Below, in pieces: positions 58,766-64,000 of a stretch of 64,000 bases of DNA. The DNA is taken from contig CAYOLO010000001.1 in NCBI GenBank assembly GCA_964404855.1, positions 595,396 to 659,395 on the forward strand, in the 5' to 3' direction. This DNA comes from an uncultured Gammaproteobacteria bacterium (GTDB lineage: Bacteria; Patescibacteriota; Microgenomatia; CAYQLK01). Within the stretch, counting starts at the first letter, position 1. Each line of letters opens with the position of its first letter. Made by a program: the position numbers and the translations under genes. Under the pieces are notes generated by a model. The model had not been told where the DNA came from. It did not search any database and saw only the letters and a list, made by a program, of their open reading frames with translations.

Positions 58766-58873
58766 GTGAGCCAGTTAAGTTTAGATTGGAACTCTGTAAT
58801 TGACTTCTTCCAGCGCTTAAACACTACTTTCCAGCAACTTAGAATAGAAGTGCCTAATTATTATACCGTATGA
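58766..58873 (+). pseudogene. Possible orphan 3' gene fragment marking an integration junction
   Basis: 35-codon frame VSQLSLDWNSVIDFFQRL... whose TGA overlaps the next ATG (ATGA). Confidence 0.35.
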
Positions 58874-59493
58874 GTAACGACGCTGTTGTAAAAACCAGAG
58901 TAGGATTTGTTGAGGAAATTACCAAGGCTACCGACACTAAAGCTATTAAAACGAGCTTCCATGAGTTAGTTGCTTCTCTCTTGGGTAAGGAGGACAAAAA
59001 ACTAGAGCATATTCAGGAACTTGCAAAGAATTGGATAGGTGGAGACACAGAAGCAAGTAAGGCATTTAATGACGAAATAGAGGCATATTGTGAGCAGTTT
59101 CCCGTAGAAGTGGGTATACAACTCCGTAGCTCCCTCCATGTACTAGACAAAGACGCTAGCCTTGCCCTCCGAAGCAATTTAATTAAAGAGCATGGCATTA
59201 CTAAAATTACCGATAAGTTATTCCTAGACTTAGCACTTAATGCCTATTTTAGAGCGCTTAGGTGTTCTGCTATTTATCATGCACTAATACAAAACAAGGA
59301 TGGAGAAATACAAATATCACAAGTCCGTACCAACTTCTTAAAAGAGCTAAGTAAGCAAATAGAAATGGCAAACGAGCAGTTTTATAGATTTATAAAGCAA
59401 CTTGAGAAAAATGACAGTCCACCCGTGAATGTAAAGATAAATACCAAGTCTACATTTATCGGTCAAAACCAACAATTTAACAAAAACGCCTAA
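58870..59493 (+). CDS. Hypothetical protein (mobile-element type)
   Basis: Helical; C-terminal VNVKIN....FIGQNQQ tail. Confidence 0.7.
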   Translation: MSNDAVVKTRVGFVEEITKATDTKAIKTSFHELVASLLGKEDKKLEHIQELAKNWIGGDTEASKAFNDEIEAYCEQFPVEVGIQLRSSLHVLDKDASLALRSNLIKEHGITKITDKLFLDLALNAYFRALRCSAIYHALIQNKDGEIQISQVRTNFLKELSKQIEMANEQFYRFIKQLEKNDSPPVNVKINTKSTFIGQNQQFNKNA

Positions 59494-59512
59494 TGATTTA
59501 GGAAAAAATGCT

Positions 59513-59830
59513 ATGAAAAAAAATCTTGTGGAAAACACACCTAGACTTACAACTAATATAGTTAGCAACTTAGGCTTGGCAGAAATGGAAAGTATTGTTA
59601 TAGAAAATCAAAAGGTAAACTTAACGACTACCAGTTGTAATTTTGGTGGTAAAAGATATTGGTTTACTTGTCCTAGGTGTACTTCCAGAGTTGGTACGCT
59701 TTTTTGTCCCTATGGAGAAGATTTATACGAGTGTAGGGTGTGTAAGGGTCTTAGGTATGAACTATCTATAAATCGGAGGTCAAAAAATGAACACTTTATT
59801 AAACTTTTGCACCAAATTAAGTCTCTATGA
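59513..59830 (+). CDS. Zinc-finger protein (FGG.R.WF.CP type)
   Basis: CNFGGKRYWFTCPRC..RV..L....CRVC..L.Y. Confidence 0.75.
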   Translation: MKKNLVENTPRLTTNIVSNLGLAEMESIVIENQKVNLTTTSCNFGGKRYWFTCPRCTSRVGTLFCPYGEDLYECRVCKGLRYELSINRRSKNEHFIKLLHQIKSL

Positions 59831-61177
59831 GTTGCTAGGTGGTGGCGGGTTAGTTTGAGGTGGCTCTACTAGCCATCCATTCTGTTTTAAGAAAGCCTTT
59901 AATAAGTCGTCACTTACATCCTCATACCCCAAGCTCCAGTAAATCTCTTTGATAAAACTAATAGTGTGGTCTTGTAGGGATTGGTCGTTATGGAGCAACG
60001 AGGTTTCTATTTCTACTTTCCATAGGTATTTGTTTTTTAATGGTACTTCTTCATCCTCATGCCAGAACATCCCACCTCTATATCCGTTAGGGACGATACG
60101 TTTTAATTGCGCTCCATTTATTCCATCCAATTCTACGTATCCATAAATTGCACCTTGGTAGTTAAATTTTGTGTAGAAATTCTTTAGAGCTTTAAGAAAC
60201 ATAACGTAATAAACCGCTAGCGTCTCAATATAGATATGTTTTCTTCTCTCATCTACACGCAATACGTCATCTGCTAAAAAGAGTAATCCAGTAGAAAATA
60301 CTTGTTGGCAACTCAACCCACCGTCAAAAGAGTGCTGGAAGCGGAATACCCCCTCTTGGATAGGCTTTACGTTTAAGTCTGGAAAATCTGTACTCCCTTT
60401 CCTATACCTAATTTGCTCCATGTTTGTTTTAATATCTAACGGGGTACAAAGTGCTTTTTGAGGATAATAGGGCTGGGCTAATATGGTCAACATTGAAGTC
60501 TCACTTCCGAGGGTCTTTTGGTAGTATTGTGAGTGATATGCTGGTGGTTGTTGTCCTTGTGCCTTAGCATTTTCAATCCGTTCTTGAAATTTTGCTTTTT
60601 CTACAGCGATAAGTTTTAGACGCTTTCTTTCTTCTGCTTTTAGCCCATCGTCGTAGTTTTCTTTGGCTATCCTTATATAATTCTCTCTAGCCAACCGTGC
60701 TTTATCTTTTTTACCAACCAATAGCTCAACTGCTTCTGGACTGGCAAGGCTAATTGGGTCTGTAATGTTTCCACTACGAACATAGATATTAGCCTCATTA
60801 TGGACATAATACGGCGTCCTATCTCCCTCATAAATCCTTACTAATATAAAAACTTTTCCATTTACTTCATTGGTTACATGCAAGTCGTAGAGCGGTCTTT
60901 GGTCTACGGAAGTAGCGTATTGATGTATTTTATCCGCTAGCTTGCTATCAAAAATAATGCCGTCAAAAACAACTGGTTTACCAGATTTGTCTTCTTCTAC
61001 GCCTATTATGATTACGCCACCTCTGCTATTGGAGAATGAGGCAAAATGCTTGGCGAGACCTTTACTCGGAAGTTCTTTTTTGTAATCTAACTGAAATCCC
61101 TCAATGTAACCCTGTTTACAGAACTCAACAACCTCTTCAAATGTGAAAGTGTCTATAGGTTTGCTTAGTATTTGCAT
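59825..61177 (-). CDS. Schlafen/AlbA_2 domain protein with unknown C-terminal domain
   Basis: EG.QLDYK, ASFSNSRGG.IIIGVEED, YVRSG. Confidence 0.88.
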   Translation of the reverse strand: MQILSKPIDTFTFEEVVEFCKQGYIEGFQLDYKKELPSKGLAKHFASFSNSRGGVIIIGVEEDKSGKPVVFDGIIFDSKLADKIHQYATSVDQRPLYDLHVTNEVNGKVFILVRIYEGDRTPYYVHNEANIYVRSGNITDPISLASPEAVELLVGKKDKARLARENYIRIAKENYDDGLKAEERKRLKLIAVEKAKFQERIENAKAQGQQPPAYHSQYYQKTLGSETSMLTILAQPYYPQKALCTPLDIKTNMEQIRYRKGSTDFPDLNVKPIQEGVFRFQHSFDGGLSCQQVFSTGLLFLADDVLRVDERRKHIYIETLAVYYVMFLKALKNFYTKFNYQGAIYGYVELDGINGAQLKRIVPNGYRGGMFWHEDEEVPLKNKYLWKVEIETSLLHNDQSLQDHTISFIKEIYWSLGYEDVSDDLLKAFLKQNGWLVEPPQTNPPPPSNS

Positions 61178-61205
61178 AATTTAGTGTCATGTAATTAAGT
61201 TGGAT

Positions 61206-63461
61206 TTAGCTTCTAAACCGTAGCTTAATATAATCCTGTGCTTGTGAGCCTTGCAGTTCAGACGTAGAGTTACCAGCACGGACATAAAAGCGCTGGCTTT
61301 GACCATCCTTGACGTAGATAGGTACTCTAGATGGCAAGCAGTCTATGGCAAGCATACGCTTACCCTCATGGTCTTCAAATCTTGGGTGGAGGTATACCGT
61401 CCAATGAGAGCCTATTCTGTCATTTAGCAGATTTACTAAATGTAAGTGCAACTTATCATCATTTTCAAAGCCATCTACACTTAATCCTAGTGCTTCTTTA
61501 TCATCCGAAACACCAATTAAGAGTGTCCCGCCTTTGCTATTAAGAAAACCCGCAATGGTTTTTAATACACTTAGTTCTATTCTTGGGTCTGGTTGTCCTG
61601 TATGTAAATTAGTTCTTAGAGTGGACTTAAACTCAACCGCTCCTGTCTCTCCTTGCGCAATAATATCGGCAATAGATAGGTGCGATACCTCATCATCTTG
61701 TTTTAAGTCTGATTTTAATTTGTGATAAGCGTCTGCAATTATCTGCGAAATACGCTCTCTTCTCCTCATTAAAAACTCTCTGTACTCCATTTCTTCCCAG
61801 TTATCGGGGAGACCATGCCAGTAATACATCTTTTTAATTTCTTGTGGTGAGAAGCGAGATACTATTTGTGGTACGTACTCTTTAGGGTTTGTATCAGAAA
61901 TTGCGGAGTTATCATTCCATTCCACAATCGCATAGTTAGCAATTTGGTTCGTATCTCTAAGGTCTATTATGCCGTGGGTTTTTAGGTAGGCTTTAGGATA
62001 TAGGTGGTGTCTCTCCAGAGCCGAGCGAGTGGATTTAATTGAAGCGTCTATTAAATCTGAAACTTTTTGCTTTGAAAATAGTGCGTCTGCCTCTAGGAGA
62101 ACTAACGAAGCATAAAAGGCAAAAAGAGATGGACTACGTGGTGATGAAGTTGCAAGGCTATTGGGTAGGTTGATAGACCAATAGTCGTCTGTAAACACCT
62201 CTGCACAAATACGCTCTAACTCACCGATAAACTCATCTGCCTCTGTTACGTTTCTAAACCGTGCTAAGTCAAACTCCATAGCGCTCTCTGGTGAGCCTGT
62301 AAATCGTCCTGTTAAGCTGGACATAAAGAACCAACGGGCGATTACCTGTCTTAACTTAAACTCTTCTACTTTGTATTCTGTACGCCCTATAAGGTAGAGA
62401 GTGTAGGCAAACATTAGGTTAGTTTGGGAGCTTATGTAATCGCTATTACGGTAGCCAGATAGTGCTATGGCTTTGAGGAAATCGTGCCAGTAGGTGAGAT
62501 TTAACACACGGGATTGAGCATTTTTAAGTACCTCAAATTGGTCAATTCTTCTTTGCTCACTAAACTCACCCGTCTCTAAATCCTTACCTCTTAAAATTGA
62601 GTAGACGTAGTGTAATCTCGCTCTCTTAAAACCTAAGCCTACGCTTACTCTTAGTAATTGGTCTGGGTCTGGTTGAGAAACTAAATTATATGGCGATGGC
62701 TGACCAGTTGAGGGAGTTTTAGCCATGCGACAAAAATCTTCTAGCATAGTTCTACCCTCATCCCAGAATACGGACATTAAGGTAAGGATAAAGTCCGATT
62801 GGTTAAGTGGTTTACCCTCGCTATTTATACGGACAAATATCTCTGCTACTTGCTCCTCTGTAATAGCAGAAGATAATTCCAATGCCGTAAAAGGGAAATT
62901 TAGTAGGTTAGATAATCGTGTAATTGACTGTCGTATTTTCTTTACATCTTCTGGAGTAAGGCTTGCCACCTCTTGATTATTTTGGATATACGTATCTACA
63001 AGTTCAAAAATATCTGTAGATTTATTCCAAAGCATGGAGATATTAGGGATGTAAGACCTGTCTTTTTTTATGGCGGCGTCCGATACTGCAAAGCGTTCAG
63101 TAATAGGGTTAAATGATATTTCTATCTTTTCTTTTTGGTAGTTTTCTCTCACTACTTCTACACCTTGGATAACCGCAAAGAGTGAGGTAAGTCTTTGTTG
63201 ACCGTCTACGATAAGCAATCTCGCAGGTTTTTGCTTGGCATCTGCTCCAATTTGTCTTGCTTCCTCAACAAAAGCATTTTGCCAAAAAAGTAAGTATCCA
63301 ATTGGGTAGCCCCGATACATACTGTCAAAAAGGTCTCTAACTTTCGTATCTTTCCAAACAAAAGGGCGCTGTATGTCTGGCAAACCTATCTCGCCCATCT
63401 CTATGTAGTTGACCAGAGTGCCTAAATCGTAGCGTACTTCTTTGAATAATCTATCTGCCAT
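61206..63461 (-). CDS. GmrSD-type (DUF262 + HNH) modification-dependent restriction enzyme fused to C-terminal Schlafen/AlbA_2
   Basis: IQRPFVW, VDGQQRLTSL, FVRINSEG; ERHHLYP..NQIAN; GE...VEFKST, AGFLNSKGGTLLIGVSDD, FYVRAG. Confidence 0.9.
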   Translation of the reverse strand: MADRLFKEVRYDLGTLVNYIEMGEIGLPDIQRPFVWKDTKVRDLFDSMYRGYPIGYLLFWQNAFVEEARQIGADAKQKPARLLIVDGQQRLTSLFAVIQGVEVVRENYQKEKIEISFNPITERFAVSDAAIKKDRSYIPNISMLWNKSTDIFELVDTYIQNNQEVASLTPEDVKKIRQSITRLSNLLNFPFTALELSSAITEEQVAEIFVRINSEGKPLNQSDFILTLMSVFWDEGRTMLEDFCRMAKTPSTGQPSPYNLVSQPDPDQLLRVSVGLGFKRARLHYVYSILRGKDLETGEFSEQRRIDQFEVLKNAQSRVLNLTYWHDFLKAIALSGYRNSDYISSQTNLMFAYTLYLIGRTEYKVEEFKLRQVIARWFFMSSLTGRFTGSPESAMEFDLARFRNVTEADEFIGELERICAEVFTDDYWSINLPNSLATSSPRSPSLFAFYASLVLLEADALFSKQKVSDLIDASIKSTRSALERHHLYPKAYLKTHGIIDLRDTNQIANYAIVEWNDNSAISDTNPKEYVPQIVSRFSPQEIKKMYYWHGLPDNWEEMEYREFLMRRRERISQIIADAYHKLKSDLKQDDEVSHLSIADIIAQGETGAVEFKSTLRTNLHTGQPDPRIELSVLKTIAGFLNSKGGTLLIGVSDDKEALGLSVDGFENDDKLHLHLVNLLNDRIGSHWTVYLHPRFEDHEGKRMLAIDCLPSRVPIYVKDGQSQRFYVRAGNSTSELQGSQAQDYIKLRFRS

Positions 63462-63555
63462 ATTTATATTTATAACTATAGTCCAAAGTCTTTAGCATTT
63501 GTATTTAATCAGTTGATTTTTTGTAACAAATGCTAAATAATGATAAGTAGATTAT

Positions 63556-63723
63556 ATGGCAAAAGATGACCTTTTTTCAATAGAAGAAGTGGCTAAGACG
63601 CTCAAAGTTTCGTATATTACCGTTTACAGGTGGATTAGGGCTAATAAATTACCGTCTTTTAAGGCGGGTAAGCAGTATAGAATAAAAAAAGTAGACCTAG
63701 ATACTTTTCTAAAAGTTAAATAA
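63556..63723 (+). CDS. Excisionase-like HTH DNA-binding protein (55 aa, below ORF-track cut-off)
   Basis: MAKDDLFSIEEVAKTLKVSYITVYRWIRANKLPSFKAGKQYRIKKVDLDTFLKVK. Confidence 0.88.
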   Translation: MAKDDLFSIEEVAKTLKVSYITVYRWIRANKLPSFKAGKQYRIKKVDLDTFLKVK

Positions 63724-63731
63724 AGATAAAT

Positions 63732-64000
63732 ATGAGCGACCAAATCAATAAAATAAACAAAAAAGCCACCGTTAATTTAGAGGAGCTACTAAAAAGCGAC
63801 GCACCCTATCTTGTAGAAGATGGCAAAGTAAACTTAGAGAAACTAAAAGGCTTGCTAACAGGTAAAACTACCGAAAAAGAAGACGACAGATTTTATTTTA
63901 ACTGGGCTGGCAAGGATAAGGTTTTCCAAGCTATCCAAGCACCAGCCTACTCAACACTAGCACCTCGCAAAGATAAATCTATCGGATGGGACGAGACCGA
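63732..64000 (+). CDS. Type III restriction-modification Mod methyltransferase, N-terminus (3' truncated by window)
   Basis: DGKVNLEKLKGLL...RFYFNWAGK....AIQAP..STL.P....S..WDET is the typical Mod N-terminus. Confidence 0.8.
   Translation, partial: MSDQINKINKKATVNLEELLKSDAPYLVEDGKVNLEKLKGLLTGKTTEKEDDRFYFNWAGKDKVFQAIQAPAYSTLAPRKDKSIGWDET

Larger units (their letters stand above)
58766..64000. mobile_element. Left part of a putative integrated element / defence island
   Basis: Phage-like orphans, Schlafen, GmrSD, excisionase-like HTH, type III Mod; no integrase within the window. Confidence 0.55.

Noticed and set aside
1-64000. CRISPR array, DGR/retron, IS element, rRNA, or TGA recoding (code 25)
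   Set aside because: No spaced direct repeats, reverse transcriptase, transposase or rRNA seen; conserved genes are intact under code 11 and several end in TGA

Overview
AT-rich bacterial chromosomal segment (genetic code 11; TGA is a stop). Gene content and style suggest a Patescibacteria/CPR, probably Microgenomates-like, genome (inference). Core content: tRNA-His/Arg/Lys, an interrupted uvrB..uvrA-transglutaminase-uvrC-4TM-yvcK-secG cluster, lexA, 2-oxoacid:ferredoxin oxidoreductase, rsmI, ppsA-eno-gpmI, holA, pgeF and murC. Accessory content: two GT2 synthase + clan GH-A hydrolase modules (one with a sortase and its substrate, one GC-richer GtrA/GT-C/GT2/GH113 operon beside a large PQQ-dehydrogenase/PKD/4x lectin-like protein), a GC-richer patch of orphan genes including a multi-zinc-finger protein, and a kinase-glycosyltransferase-HD-kinase cluster. 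From about 58.77 kb lies the left end of a probable integrated defence element (Schlafen/AlbA_2, GmrSD-Schlafen fusion, HTH, type III Mod). Most notable: (1) a membrane-anchored NirS-like heme-d1 propeller whose cytochrome c domain is replaced by a cytochrome b5 domain; (2) an ORF-less, structured ~180-nt transcription unit with a perfect sigma70 promoter and terminator; (3) the GmrSD-Schlafen defence pair. All assignments come from motif recognition by eye; no database searches were run.
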